Part shown: positions 37,784-48,000 of the stretch, in pieces
How the letters are laid out: each line of letters opens with the position of its first letter
Position numbering within the stretch: the stretch's first letter is position 1
Source of the DNA: Candidatus Microgenomates bacterium
GTDB taxonomy: Bacteria; Patescibacteriota; Microgenomatia; UBA8517
Assembly: GCA_049519355.1 (NCBI GenBank)
Contig: JBEKQV010000002.1
Span: forward strand, 131,479-195,478
DNA length: 64,000 nt
Reading direction: 5' to 3'
Translations under genes and position numbers: made by a program
Notes under the pieces: model-generated
What the model was told of the DNA's origin: nothing
The model's database searches: none
Seen by the model: only the letters and a program-made list of their open reading frames with translations

Positions 37784-38434
37784 TTAGATAGCGCCGACAC
37801 CGCTAATCATCGCAAACGGGGTTTTGAGTATTATCCAAAGGTCCATTAATATTGACTTTTTGCGGGCGTAATTAGCATCCATCTCTATTCGTTTATCAAA
37901 ATTTATATTGCTTCTTCCTGTCACCTGCCAAAATCCGGTAATTCCGGGCTTAACCGTTTGCGTCATTTTTACAAATTTTTCCGTTCCGGGATATCTCTTT
38001 TGTTGTTCAATAATTTCATGAACGTGATACGGTCTTGGCCCGACTAAACTCATTTGGCCTTTTAAAACGTTAAAAAGCTGTGGCATTTCATCAATTGAAT
38101 ATTTCCTGATAAATTTACCGAATTTAGTAACTCTGGGGTCTTCATATAACTTAAAATTTGAGCGCCTCCACTCGTTATAAAGCTTTTTAAATCGCGGGTC
38201 CTGGGTTATAAGATAATCGGAGTTAACTGGCATTGAACGGAATTTATAAAGTCTGAAAATTTTTCCGTGTTTACCTATACGCATCATGTGAGAATTTGAT
38301 TTTTCAACCAAAGCAGGACCGGGGGAAGTAAGTTTAATAATAATTGCAGTTAGTAACATTATTGGGGAAAATAGAATAATTAAAACAATGGACAGAATAA
38401 TGTCCATTGTTCTTTTGATAAAATCGTAAAACAT
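37784..38434 (-). CDS. Polyprenyl-phosphate sugar phosphotransferase (bacterial sugar transferase, WbaP/CpsE C-domain type; initiating enzyme)
   Basis: Bac_transf motifs: N-terminal TM, PGPALVEKSNSHMMRIGKHGKIFRLYKFRSM, DEMPQLFNVLKGQMSLVGPRP. Confidence 0.8.
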   Translation of the reverse strand: MFYDFIKRTMDIILSIVLIILFSPIMLLTAIIIKLTSPGPALVEKSNSHMMRIGKHGKIFRLYKFRSMPVNSDYLITQDPRFKKLYNEWRRSNFKLYEDPRVTKFGKFIRKYSIDEMPQLFNVLKGQMSLVGPRPYHVHEIIEQQKRYPGTEKFVKMTQTVKPGITGFWQVTGRSNINFDKRIEMDANYARKKSILMDLWIILKTPFAMISGVGAI

Positions 38435-38441
38435 AAAAAGA

Positions 38442-39500
38442 CTAGGTTAGAGCCAATTTTCTCTTTATTACTTCTTTAAGTGCTTCTCCAACCTGACCCG
38501 ATTGGTCCTTTCGGCAAACGAGGAGAGCGTCGCCTGTATCAACCACAACCAGATTATCTACACCCACTAGAGCCACAACTTTATTCAGATCATCAAGTTT
38601 AACAAAATTATCTTTTCCGTTAAGATCAACGATGTTTTCAGAGGTTTTGTATAAACCCTTATCTCTTAGATATTTATCGAGTGATTCAAAAGTACCTATG
38701 TCAGTCCATTTAAACGGAAGCTCAACAACCAACGACTCGCCTGCAGCGTAAACCTGCTGAGTGACGTCCTCAATCGGCCCCGGTGGCATCTTTAGGTATT
38801 CTGTTTTCATATCCCCGCCGTTAACTATATTCATAAGAGGCCCATACCACTCTGGTTTATATTTCTGTAACATCGTCAACATGTTGCGTGGGGTCATGCA
38901 GGTGTGATTGGTGTGTATTAGGGCATTACCTTCTTTAATGAGTTCATCTGTCTGCTCCTTAGTGCTTCTCCAGACAAACTTATCCACTTCAAAGATGCCG
39001 ATCTCATTTTCGGGTGTAACCCTTTTCCCTTTAATCAGATAGTCGACTCCCATTACGGAACTGGCGGGTTTTAATCCCCCAGTAATATATTTTGTTTCGC
39101 GTCTTGCTAACGAATCGCAAACCATCATCATTTTTATTAAGCCGCCGGCCGGTTCGCGCAAGACATCCGCCTGAATAATCATGAATGGTTCATCCGCAAG
39201 CCCTTTTTTGTATAAAAAGGCTGCAATAAGACCAGTTGCCGGACCCTGATTGCGCATTTCCGGTTCGATAATGTAATTGGACTGTGGAATTTCTGGAGCT
39301 TGGGCTTGAGCCAAAACGGCTTGGTCTGCGTTGGTGGAAACATAGATCTCTTCGGGCTTAAATCCGGTCATTAAACTTTCGTAATTAGTTTGAAACAAAG
39401 ATTTTTCTCCAATGAGCGGAAGGAATGGCTTAGGTTTATACTGACGGCTGAGTGGCCAGAGTTTGGTTCCAAAGCCGCCGCAAATAATTACAGGAATCAT
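38442..39500 (-). CDS. Mannose-1-phosphate guanylyltransferase-like sugar nucleotidyltransferase (no isomerase domain)
   Basis: N-terminal MIPVIICGGFGTKLWPLSR (GxGxRLxPLT-type); 352 aa. Confidence 0.7.
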   Translation of the reverse strand: MIPVIICGGFGTKLWPLSRQYKPKPFLPLIGEKSLFQTNYESLMTGFKPEEIYVSTNADQAVLAQAQAPEIPQSNYIIEPEMRNQGPATGLIAAFLYKKGLADEPFMIIQADVLREPAGGLIKMMMVCDSLARRETKYITGGLKPASSVMGVDYLIKGKRVTPENEIGIFEVDKFVWRSTKEQTDELIKEGNALIHTNHTCMTPRNMLTMLQKYKPEWYGPLMNIVNGGDMKTEYLKMPPGPIEDVTQQVYAAGESLVVELPFKWTDIGTFESLDKYLRDKGLYKTSENIVDLNGKDNFVKLDDLNKVVALVGVDNLVVVDTGDALLVCRKDQSGQVGEALKEVIKRKLALT

Positions 39501-39501
39501 A

Positions 39502-40569
39502 TTATATTACGTCAAGAATTCTCCTTTTAAAGACCTCTTTTGAAAATCTTTGACTGTTTGTAAATAGATTATCAACCACAAACCGCATTTTTTCAAATTT
39601 AGCAATTGCGTTAATTAAACTTTCGGGCGTCTGGCGCTCAAAAAAAACTCCGGTTATTTCGGGAATTACTGTATCGATTGCCCCACCTTTGTTGTAAGCA
39701 ATAACGGGAACTCCAAAACTCTGTGCCTCCACAGAAACTATCCCAAAATCTTCTTCTTGGGGCATAATTAGCGCTCGCGCATTACTGTAATATCCAGCCA
39801 AGTCTTTTTCAGATATCTTGCCAACAAATTTTATATTTCTTTTTGCCATTTTCCTCAATTTTCTTTCTAATCTTCCGGTTCCAATAACAACCAATTGATA
39901 ACCAAGTTTATTAAAGGCTCTAATTGCCACATCTATTTTTTTGTACCCGTAATCCAATCTTGAAACGAGTAAGTAATACTTTTCTTTCCGTTTCCTTTGT
40001 GGGTTGTGTGGTAAAACTCCCGCGGGCGGAAAAATTATTTCGGTCTCCCGATCATAATAGTTTTTTATCCGATTCCTCACCTCAGTCGAAATTGCGACCA
40101 TAAGATCCGGTTTTTGCGCGGCGTCTTTGTCCCACCTTTTTAGATAATTAACTATCGGCCTTGAAACAAACTCCGCTATAGGATTCTGGAAATAAAGTTT
40201 TCTATGGCTCCAAAGGTACCTCGTTGGTGTTAAACAATAACAAATATGAAGAGTACCTGGTTTTGTTCGAATTCCTTTTGCCGCTTCGCTTGTTACAGAA
40301 ATTACCAAATCAAAACCAGAAAAGTCAAATGATTCAAAAGCCAAAGGCATAAGAGTCCCCAAAAATTCATGGTTTGAACGGGCAAATGGAAGCTTTTGCA
40401 AAAAGGAGGTCCTAATTTCCGGAAAAACCTTTGCCCACGAAGCATTTTTTGAATTGTAAACTGAAGTATAAAGAGGAGCATCAGGAAAAATTTCATGGAG
40501 AGCAAGAAGAACGCGCTCAGCGCCTCCCCATTTATTGACCCTGTCGTAAACTATCGCCACTTTCTTCAT
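39502..40569 (-). CDS. Glycosyltransferase family 4 (GT-B)
   Basis: GT4 E-x7-E region EDFGIVSVEAQSFGVPVIAYNKGG. Confidence 0.8.
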   Translation of the reverse strand: MKKVAIVYDRVNKWGGAERVLLALHEIFPDAPLYTSVYNSKNASWAKVFPEIRTSFLQKLPFARSNHEFLGTLMPLAFESFDFSGFDLVISVTSEAAKGIRTKPGTLHICYCLTPTRYLWSHRKLYFQNPIAEFVSRPIVNYLKRWDKDAAQKPDLMVAISTEVRNRIKNYYDRETEIIFPPAGVLPHNPQRKRKEKYYLLVSRLDYGYKKIDVAIRAFNKLGYQLVVIGTGRLERKLRKMAKRNIKFVGKISEKDLAGYYSNARALIMPQEEDFGIVSVEAQSFGVPVIAYNKGGAIDTVIPEITGVFFERQTPESLINAIAKFEKMRFVVDNLFTNSQRFSKEVFKRRILDVI

Positions 40570-41656
40570 ATATCTTCAACGTTTCTTTCGCCATTTTAGA
40601 CCATGAATATCTTTTTACAAACTCTTTTGCTGTTCTTATCTTTTCTTCACGCAAATCCGCCTTCATATTCATAATATTTCTTAAACACCTTTCAATAGAG
40701 TTTGCATCGTTGGGATCAAAATAGGCAGCGTTATTTTTATATATCTCTTTAAAAACTGGTATGTCGGAAGCTGCGACTAAAGTCTGTGCCGCCATTGCTT
40801 CCAATCCGGGCAACCCAAAACCCTCAGATAGAGAAGGAAAAACTAGGGCTATTGAATTCCTATAGAGCGAAAATAATTCTTCATCCGACACAAAGCCTGA
40901 AAGTTTTACAAAATCCCCTGCACCAAGGTCCCGGATAAGTTCCTCTAATCTCTGGGTAAAGATTCCCCTCGATGATGTGATAACCAAATGAACGGGATGA
41001 GTAGAATTGGTATTCAATAGTATAATCGCTTCGATTAATCTTCCAATATTTTTGTGTGGATATGCATTTCCTGCATATATAAAATACGGGGTTTTCTCAT
41101 TACTCGCTAGTTTCGAAAAGCTTTTTGGAACTACGCCTTCATAAGTAACAAAAACTTTATTTAAGGAAGTCTTATAAATTTTATGCAATTCCGTTTTTAC
41201 TGTTTCGGAAGGAACAAAAATAGCCCTGGATCTTTTGACCGCATTATCAAAAACCAGTCGATAACCCAATCTTTTAATCAAATATAATGGCACTGGTAGT
41301 GTAGTTGCCATAGGTCCAACACTATCGTGCATTAATGTGTCGTGAATAGTAACTACAAACTGACCGCGGTAAAAGATTGGAACGTTAAAGTGAGGAAAAT
41401 GTACCAGATCCGGACCTTGTTTTTTAATTATACCCGGAAGTTTGATTTGCTCAGCCAGGCTATAATGACGGAAGTCCGCAAGTATTTTTTTCCAGTTGGA
41501 CGGCAAGCTTAGGTTTTCAAAATATTTCTTTCGCAGGAGTAAAACATACTCATTTTTGGCATCAAGTCTCGACAATTCATCAACCAGATTAATTAAATAT
41601 CTGCCGAGCCCTGCATTCTCTAATCCATATAAACGACCGTCGATGAGAATTTTCAT
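40532..41656 (-). CDS. Glycosyltransferase family 4 (GT-B)
   Basis: SEGFGLPGLEAMAAQTLVAASDIPVFKE (E-x7-E); N-terminal MKILIDGRLYG...GLGRY typical of GT4. Confidence 0.8.
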   Translation of the reverse strand: MKILIDGRLYGLENAGLGRYLINLVDELSRLDAKNEYVLLLRKKYFENLSLPSNWKKILADFRHYSLAEQIKLPGIIKKQGPDLVHFPHFNVPIFYRGQFVVTIHDTLMHDSVGPMATTLPVPLYLIKRLGYRLVFDNAVKRSRAIFVPSETVKTELHKIYKTSLNKVFVTYEGVVPKSFSKLASNEKTPYFIYAGNAYPHKNIGRLIEAIILLNTNSTHPVHLVITSSRGIFTQRLEELIRDLGAGDFVKLSGFVSDEELFSLYRNSIALVFPSLSEGFGLPGLEAMAAQTLVAASDIPVFKEIYKNNAAYFDPNDANSIERCLRNIMNMKADLREEKIRTAKEFVKRYSWSKMAKETLKIYEESGDSLRQGQ

Positions 41657-42855
41657 TTTAAAATCCGCGTTTTTTCATAAATTCTGTCCAAATAATCGCC
41701 CATTTGATACCAACTGAATTTTTCCTCAACAAGCTTCCTTGCGTTTTTTGCAATTTGCTCCGCCATTTTTTTGTTGCCTAACACATCCAAGACAGCCTCT
41801 GCCATTCCTTTAGGGTTATTCCTGATTATTACCTCTTTTCCGTCAACCGCCTCCAGGCCTTCAGCACCAACAGAAGTTGTTACGAGTGGTAGTCTTGCTG
41901 CCATGGCAGCCAAATGTTTCAAACGAGTTCCTCCAGGACCTTTCAAAGGAGAGGCAAAAACAGCGGATTCACGATAAGCCTTTCGTATTCCTTCCTGATC
42001 ATCCTCTTTTAAATCGTCTATTATTATGTCCGAAGATCTACGTTCCATTATTTCATAGGGAATATGTTGACCTACAATCCAAAGTTTTACATCAGATTTT
42101 TTTGCACGAATCAGCGGAAAGACTTCATCAAGAAGAAGTTCTGCCGCCTCAACATTCTGAAGCCACTTGAAATTAGCTATAAAAAGAACTCTTGGATTTT
42201 TTGATGACCAGGATTTTTTCTCGTCAAAAAAATCGAGATTAACTCCGTTCGGTACCAAATTCACCTCAAGCCCGGGTACAAGTTTTAGCATTTCCTTCTT
42301 GTCAGATTCCGAAACAGCAACAACCCTATCGGCCTTTTTCCAAAACCTAGTCTCCCAGTATTTTAGCTTGGCAACATCAATTGAAAGAAGCCATTTGATC
42401 AAAAAATTTCCGGATCCCTCAACGTAGTGTTTATAAACCAGATACTCTATTGTCTGTTCAACCAACAGAATGGGAATCTTAGTTTCTGGAATGTGGGGCA
42501 TTACATAAAAAGTCTCTGCGTGGATGAGATCGTAATGAACGTTTTTTATCTCTTCTTCAACAGCTTTGCTCTCCTGGGGTGAAAGATTGCGAATAACCAA
42601 AAAAGGGAAAGGGCCGAAACCTGTTAACAGTATGTTTCTCAGGGTCCAGGGGGATTTGGATCGCTTGAATACTTCAACCTTAGAACAATACCTGGTTAAC
42701 TCCGGAATAAATCTTCTTTCAGAGTCGTCCTTGATTAAAGAAAAAAGTATAATCTCATGTTTTTTGCTTAAATCCTTGATCAAATTGTATGAGCGTATTT
42801 GCCCTCCCGAGGAATCGGGAAAAGGTAAATACGGAGTGAGCATCAAAATTTTCAT
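41653..42855 (-). CDS. Glycosyltransferase family 4 (GT-B)
   Basis: N-terminal MKILMLTPYLPFPDSSGGQIRSYNL; C-terminal GT-B donor-binding domain. Confidence 0.75.
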   Translation of the reverse strand: MKILMLTPYLPFPDSSGGQIRSYNLIKDLSKKHEIILFSLIKDDSERRFIPELTRYCSKVEVFKRSKSPWTLRNILLTGFGPFPFLVIRNLSPQESKAVEEEIKNVHYDLIHAETFYVMPHIPETKIPILLVEQTIEYLVYKHYVEGSGNFLIKWLLSIDVAKLKYWETRFWKKADRVVAVSESDKKEMLKLVPGLEVNLVPNGVNLDFFDEKKSWSSKNPRVLFIANFKWLQNVEAAELLLDEVFPLIRAKKSDVKLWIVGQHIPYEIMERRSSDIIIDDLKEDDQEGIRKAYRESAVFASPLKGPGGTRLKHLAAMAARLPLVTTSVGAEGLEAVDGKEVIIRNNPKGMAEAVLDVLGNKKMAEQIAKNARKLVEEKFSWYQMGDYLDRIYEKTRILK

Positions 42856-44333
42856 TTGGTTTTGGTAGGTTGCGGCTTAAGAAGGTCAATAATTATGTAT
42901 TTATCCGTTTTTTCAACTGTTTTGAAACGCGATTCGATCATCAAGGTATCTGAACTTGTTAAATCAACAGAAACATAATAGCTCGCACCTTCCTTAATAA
43001 TATTATCAATTGAATTGTCTAGAGCCGGCCATCCCCAACGGTCAGTCTGGTAAAGAAATGAAGTATCTCCGTCATAAGGAGCAAGTATCAACGCGTTTTT
43101 AGGAGTAATTTTATCTACTTCTTTTCCGGCTTCGATAATCTCGGGGTGATTAATTTGATAGTCGCCTGATATCTGATTCCAACCGGTTATTAGCATTACC
43201 CCAACCGAAATAACGAGAACAATTCTTGCCAAGAATTTATTAAAATTCGTTTGGGTCCAAAGAAAAACCGATCCGGCGGCAAGTGCCAAGGCGATCGCGG
43301 GAATAGTTAATATTTGATAGTAATCATGCATAACGTTAGCGTCTGCCACCACTATTACATAGATAAGATCTCCCAAAAGAAACCAATGTATAAATAAATT
43401 CTTTACTTTGGTATTAAAAATTCCAAAAATGAATGGGATTACTCCGAGTGAGCCTAATATTAGTTGCCCCAATCGTTCACCAAAAATCCAATACCACCAG
43501 GAAGGCTTAAAACGAATAAGATCTCCGTTAAAGGCCCACAAATAAAAAGGAATTCCGGCTGGAAACTTCGATTCCCACCAACGCCAGAGAAAAAAGGGAA
43601 CAAAAGCTAATACCGAAAACATCAAAGTTCCAAGAATAACCTTTTTGTCCTTTAAAAACTTTCTCAAACCATATTTCTTAAGTGCAAGGTAGGCAATCGG
43701 AAAAAGATAAAATCCAAGGTAGGGTTTAATAAGCATCGCGCATCCGAAGAAAATGCCGGAAATAATAAGTAATAATTTCTTTCCGTTTCCCGCAAATTCA
43801 AGAAATGCCCAAAGTGATATAACCCCGAACATTACACCCATGGGGTCGGGTAAAATAACCCTGGTGAAATAAATGTTATAAGGAATAAAAAGATAAAAGA
43901 ATGCGCTCAATATTCCGCCCCATTTATTAATTACTTTTTTACCGATCAAATAAAGGAAAAAGGAAGTGACGAGGGCTGTTGAAATAGTTATTAATCTGGC
44001 CCAAACTTCAAGTGAAATCGATTTAAAATTAACGGCAAGGATTGCATTTAGTGCATTGTAAAAAGGAAATTCAACCATTCTGTAACCTTTTAGATTTAAA
44101 ATTCCAGTTTGGATACTTGAAATATCATGAAACCTAGGAATAAGAAGATTTATTCCCTGCTGCACATAAACCCTACTTACCGAGGCGGTATCCGCTTGTC
44201 TCCAACTATGCCAATCTGCCACTGGGTTATTTATTTTATAAAGCCTCACAACAAAGCCCAAAACCAAAATTAAAGATAACAAAATATACTCAAACAATTT
44301 TGATTTCAGAAACTGAGTAATTTTACTTTGCAT
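42852..44333 (-). CDS. GT-C fold membrane glycosyltransferase, PMT/ArnT-like (GT39/GT83-like)
   Basis: About 11 TM; first extracytoplasmic loop WHSWRQADTASVSRVY resembles the ArnT/PMT acidic loop; soluble C-terminal domain. Confidence 0.6.
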   Translation of the reverse strand: MQSKITQFLKSKLFEYILLSLILVLGFVVRLYKINNPVADWHSWRQADTASVSRVYVQQGINLLIPRFHDISSIQTGILNLKGYRMVEFPFYNALNAILAVNFKSISLEVWARLITISTALVTSFFLYLIGKKVINKWGGILSAFFYLFIPYNIYFTRVILPDPMGVMFGVISLWAFLEFAGNGKKLLLIISGIFFGCAMLIKPYLGFYLFPIAYLALKKYGLRKFLKDKKVILGTLMFSVLAFVPFFLWRWWESKFPAGIPFYLWAFNGDLIRFKPSWWYWIFGERLGQLILGSLGVIPFIFGIFNTKVKNLFIHWFLLGDLIYVIVVADANVMHDYYQILTIPAIALALAAGSVFLWTQTNFNKFLARIVLVISVGVMLITGWNQISGDYQINHPEIIEAGKEVDKITPKNALILAPYDGDTSFLYQTDRWGWPALDNSIDNIIKEGASYYVSVDLTSSDTLMIESRFKTVEKTDKYIIIDLLKPQPTKTK

Positions 44334-45699
44334 ATTCTTTACTTTTAATTAGATTCACGGAGAATCCCAAGAGAAGCCAGAATATTGTGGCAAATTTCGA
44401 AGCTTCAAAAAGGTCTATAAAGGTTGCAATAACAAAAGTCCCAATAACAGCTCCTACCATACCGGCAATAAAGGATAGTTCTAACCCAGTTAATTTTTCC
44501 CTCAGAGGAAATGCTTTAACAAAAATCTTTCCAATTCTAAAAAATATGAGTGCAAATGCCAGAAGGCCCAACAGTCCTGTCTCACCCAGCATTCTTAAGT
44601 AATCATTGTCTGTTGCCAACCCGATTGAAGAATAACCCGTCCCCAAAAGCGGGTTTGTTATGATAGCCCTGAAAGCCCTTGGCCATTCAACATTTAACCG
44701 AATGGCAATTGATACGTCGCTTAGAACAGGTATTGGAGTTGAAACAGGCACAGGGGTCAAACTCGGGGTTATACCTTGCGCTGAAGCGATGAACCGCCCT
44801 TCAATGTAGCTAACAGTTTTGGTTGCTGTAATGTGTTCATATATTACATGTACTGCACTTGCAAACCGCATATCAAGACCGGATGACCTCACCATAAAGA
44901 ACAAACTTATTATTAAAACGACTGCAAGACCCTTAAATTTCTTGAGGATAAGAAGTGGTACAGAAACGGCCAGCACGTAAGATACTTGAGAAATCCTTGA
45001 AAAGGAATTTATCAAAAGCCACAAACCCGTCCCCGAAACGACAAGTGTAATTAACCTGACTATTTTATCTTTTATTACAAAAAGGATGGATAAAAATATA
45101 GGAAGAGTCATTACCATAAAGGCCGCTAGATCATATTGCCCGGCAAAAGTGGAGTTTGTGTTGCTTCCCGGAGTCCAAAAAAGTGCCACGCCCTTGGAAG
45201 ATTCGTTATTTTGGGTAATTATTACGGGAAAATGCAAATAGTGTTCTCCAATTCCATATATAAAGGCGATAAAGACCACTATCAGCAAAATTTTGAGAAA
45301 GAACTCCAAGTTCTCTTGAAGATTTTCCTTAGGTATAAGGAGGTAAGCCACAAAAAACGGCGTCATATACTCAATGCGTCTTGCCCAATTGAGTATTGCC
45401 AGACTGAATGTGACAGTCTGGGTAATAAGAATGCCCGCAGTCAGGGAAAGAAGCCCTACCGCTAAAAATATTATCACCGCCATTACAATCGGATCGCGCA
45501 ATAAGCTTTTAAAGTCAGTTACTATTTTTGGTACTAAAGATATTGCGGCAATTAACAGAATTAAATCCTCAAATCTAATCGCCACATAAGTTCCGGGAAC
45601 GTTTATGAGCGGAAATTTCGGCAAAAGCGGTACTATGATGAGAATCGCTGCAATTAAGTATTTTGATATTTTCTCGGACAGTGACAATAGCTTTCTCAT
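44323..45699 (-). CDS. O-antigen ligase / Wzy-like polymerase family membrane protein
   Basis: 458 aa, about 10-12 TM with a large periplasmic loop near the C-terminus, typical of the Wzy_C/O-antigen ligase family. Confidence 0.55.
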   Translation of the reverse strand: MRKLLSLSEKISKYLIAAILIIVPLLPKFPLINVPGTYVAIRFEDLILLIAAISLVPKIVTDFKSLLRDPIVMAVIIFLAVGLLSLTAGILITQTVTFSLAILNWARRIEYMTPFFVAYLLIPKENLQENLEFFLKILLIVVFIAFIYGIGEHYLHFPVIITQNNESSKGVALFWTPGSNTNSTFAGQYDLAAFMVMTLPIFLSILFVIKDKIVRLITLVVSGTGLWLLINSFSRISQVSYVLAVSVPLLILKKFKGLAVVLIISLFFMVRSSGLDMRFASAVHVIYEHITATKTVSYIEGRFIASAQGITPSLTPVPVSTPIPVLSDVSIAIRLNVEWPRAFRAIITNPLLGTGYSSIGLATDNDYLRMLGETGLLGLLAFALIFFRIGKIFVKAFPLREKLTGLELSFIAGMVGAVIGTFVIATFIDLFEASKFATIFWLLLGFSVNLIKSKEYAK

Positions 45700-46241
45700 G
45701 ACTTTTTATTTCTTAACGATTTTGACCACTCAATATAAAGGATCACAATAAAAGTTGCGGTACCGGCAAATACCGCTAGCCTAGTCCAAATTGGAGTAGG
45801 TACAAAACGGATAATAATTTTCTGGGTCCAATGTTTTCCACCAACAAAAAAAATAGGTTCGTTATTGTAACTTGGAGGCTCAAAACCGTTAATGTACATA
45901 CTTTCTCTAAAAGGATGGACCAGTTGTTGCAAGAAGGTACTGCTCGTTTGGTCCCGAATTAGTGTCTGTGCATCCTCCGGTGGGTAGTTAAGAAGAAATG
46001 TAGACAATTTTAAACCCAAAAAACTTGAATGGTTAAACTGATTTTCATACCAGGAAATTACTTGTGCCCTCGTATAATTTGTGAAATAACCTTGTCTTAG
46101 GGGTGTTTCCAAATCTGCGGGTTCCTGAGATTTCAAAGAACCAGGTGGCGGAGTCGGAAAGGTAAAATTCGGAAGCGATAAATATACTAGAAAGACAATA
46201 CAAAAAAATACAAAAATTACTTTTAGGATCCTGTTTACCAT
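45696..46241 (-). CDS. Hypothetical membrane protein
   Basis: N- and C-terminal TM helices, no recognisable motif; 181 aa, translationally coupled within the island. Confidence 0.35.
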   Translation of the reverse strand: MVNRILKVIFVFFCIVFLVYLSLPNFTFPTPPPGSLKSQEPADLETPLRQGYFTNYTRAQVISWYENQFNHSSFLGLKLSTFLLNYPPEDAQTLIRDQTSSTFLQQLVHPFRESMYINGFEPPSYNNEPIFFVGGKHWTQKIIIRFVPTPIWTRLAVFAGTATFIVILYIEWSKSLRNKKS

Positions 46242-46846
46242 TATTGGAAAAGCCTTGCCCTGCCCAACTTGTAGTGGAGATCCTTGTTTTTCCGTTCACC
46301 TATTACTTTTGCAGGAACTCCACCAACAATTGCAAAATCGGGGACATCTTTTGTGACTACTGCTCCTGCCCCAACTACCGAGCCTTTACCGATTGTAACG
46401 CCGGGGAGAATTATCGCCCTAGGGCCAACAAAAACATAGTCACCGATTTTAACTGGCTCAAGCCTTGCCGAAAAATCTTCTTTTTCCAAATCGTGTTCGG
46501 AGTTGTAAACCAAAACTTCTGAAGCTACATCAACATGGTTTCCAATTTTAAGTGCTGCGCGTCCGTCCAAAAAGACATGATCCCCAATAATTGTGTCCTC
46601 CCCAATTTCAATTCCTCCGGGATCAAAAAAATTAGCCCACATATGGACTACTGAACCCTTACCAATCTTCATTCCTGCCAATTGATAGAAAAATCGTCTG
46701 AACAAATGTGACGGAACATGACTAACCCAGCGTAGAACCATCAATTCAAAATCGAGGATATAATTGTAAAATCGACTTAAGATCTTTCCTCCCGCCTCGT
46801 TCCATTCGAGTGATTTCCCTGATTTATCTTTAAAAACAGATTTCAT
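46241..46846 (-). CDS. Hexapeptide-repeat (LbH) sugar O-acetyltransferase, WcaF/NodL-like
   Basis: Hexapeptide repeats IGEDTIIGDHV, IGNHVDVASEV, IGDYVFVGPRAIILPGVTIGKGSVVGAGAVV. Start moved to the internal Met (46846), which forms an ATGA overlap with the upstream GT4 stop. Confidence 0.75.
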   Translation of the reverse strand: MKSVFKDKSGKSLEWNEAGGKILSRFYNYILDFELMVLRWVSHVPSHLFRRFFYQLAGMKIGKGSVVHMWANFFDPGGIEIGEDTIIGDHVFLDGRAALKIGNHVDVASEVLVYNSEHDLEKEDFSARLEPVKIGDYVFVGPRAIILPGVTIGKGSVVGAGAVVTKDVPDFAIVGGVPAKVIGERKNKDLHYKLGRARLFQ

Positions 46847-48000
46847 TTTATTTGTTCTAAAACGCTGAGAGTTTCCCTGGCGGTTTTCTCCCAAGAAAAC
46901 TTCCTAGCCTGGGCCAAACCGTTCTTAACCATACTATTATACTTCTCCTTGGGAGCCGAAAGCACTTCTTCAATGCCTGAGGCTATACTGTCTACATCAT
47001 GAGGGTTAACAAATATTCCGGCTTTACCGAGCACTTCAGGAAGGCTGCCCACATTTGAGGCTACTACGGGTACACCGCAGGCCATAGCACTTAGAGCATC
47101 CAAACCAAAACCTTCCCAAAAAGAAGGAAGGACAAAAAGTTTTGCTCCTTTTATGAGAGCCGGTTTGTCGTCCTCAGGAATAAAATCAGTGAATATGATC
47201 CTCTTTTCCAGGCCCAACTTTTTTACCTTGTCGAAAATTGACTGGTAAAGCCAACCTTTCTTGCCAGCAATTACAAGTTTTACCCCGGAAATCTTTGAAA
47301 AAGCCTCAATAAGCCCTTCAATATTTTTACTCGGTTTGAGCGTACCCAAATATAATACATAGTCGCTAACTATGGAGTATCGACCCCTCACACGTCGCAC
47401 ATCTTCCTGCGGGATGTCTGTATTGAAACGCCCGACGTCGTACGCAAGTGATATAACGTAAATTTTATCCTTTACACTCGGGTAATGTCGTACAATATCC
47501 TGTTTTGTACTATTTGATATGGCAAAGATCGCTTTTGATACATAAATGCTTATAGCACTCCAGATTTTTAACTGCCAAAAGTCTTTTTTTCTAAATTGTC
47601 CCGTGTATTTGAGATATCCGACGTCCATAATCGAACATACCCGGGGCATTGGAGCAAGCGGGGGAACATAGTGGCTAGGAGAAAAGAAAATATCACATTT
47701 AGATTTAGAAAAAAATAAATCCGGCATAAGTCTTGTTAATATCCATAAAGAACCACCTTCAATTACTTTGTATCTGAAGAACTCTGTCTCTTTGGGCATG
47801 TCTATCTTTGGTTTCTCCTTAAGATAAACTACAAACTCGAGTGTTTTTTTCCACTCATCCTGTAGTTTCCGTATATTCTTCAACAATTCAAAGGCGTAGG
47901 TGTTCACCCCCACCCTCTCAACTACATTTGCCTCATTTCCGTCAATTCCTATAACCATATTGATAGCATAATTATTTTCCAGCCTCCTTGTATACCTCAA
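46843..48000 (-). CDS. Glycosyltransferase family 4 (GT-B)
   Basis: FWEGFGLDALSAMACGVPVVASNVGSLPEV (E-x7-E). Confidence 0.8.
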   Translation of the reverse strand: MRYTRRLENNYAINMVIGIDGNEANVVERVGVNTYAFELLKNIRKLQDEWKKTLEFVVYLKEKPKIDMPKETEFFRYKVIEGGSLWILTRLMPDLFFSKSKCDIFFSPSHYVPPLAPMPRVCSIMDVGYLKYTGQFRKKDFWQLKIWSAISIYVSKAIFAISNSTKQDIVRHYPSVKDKIYVISLAYDVGRFNTDIPQEDVRRVRGRYSIVSDYVLYLGTLKPSKNIEGLIEAFSKISGVKLVIAGKKGWLYQSIFDKVKKLGLEKRIIFTDFIPEDDKPALIKGAKLFVLPSFWEGFGLDALSAMACGVPVVASNVGSLPEVLGKAGIFVNPHDVDSIASGIEEVLSAPKEKYNSMVKNGLAQARKFSWEKTARETLSVLEQIK

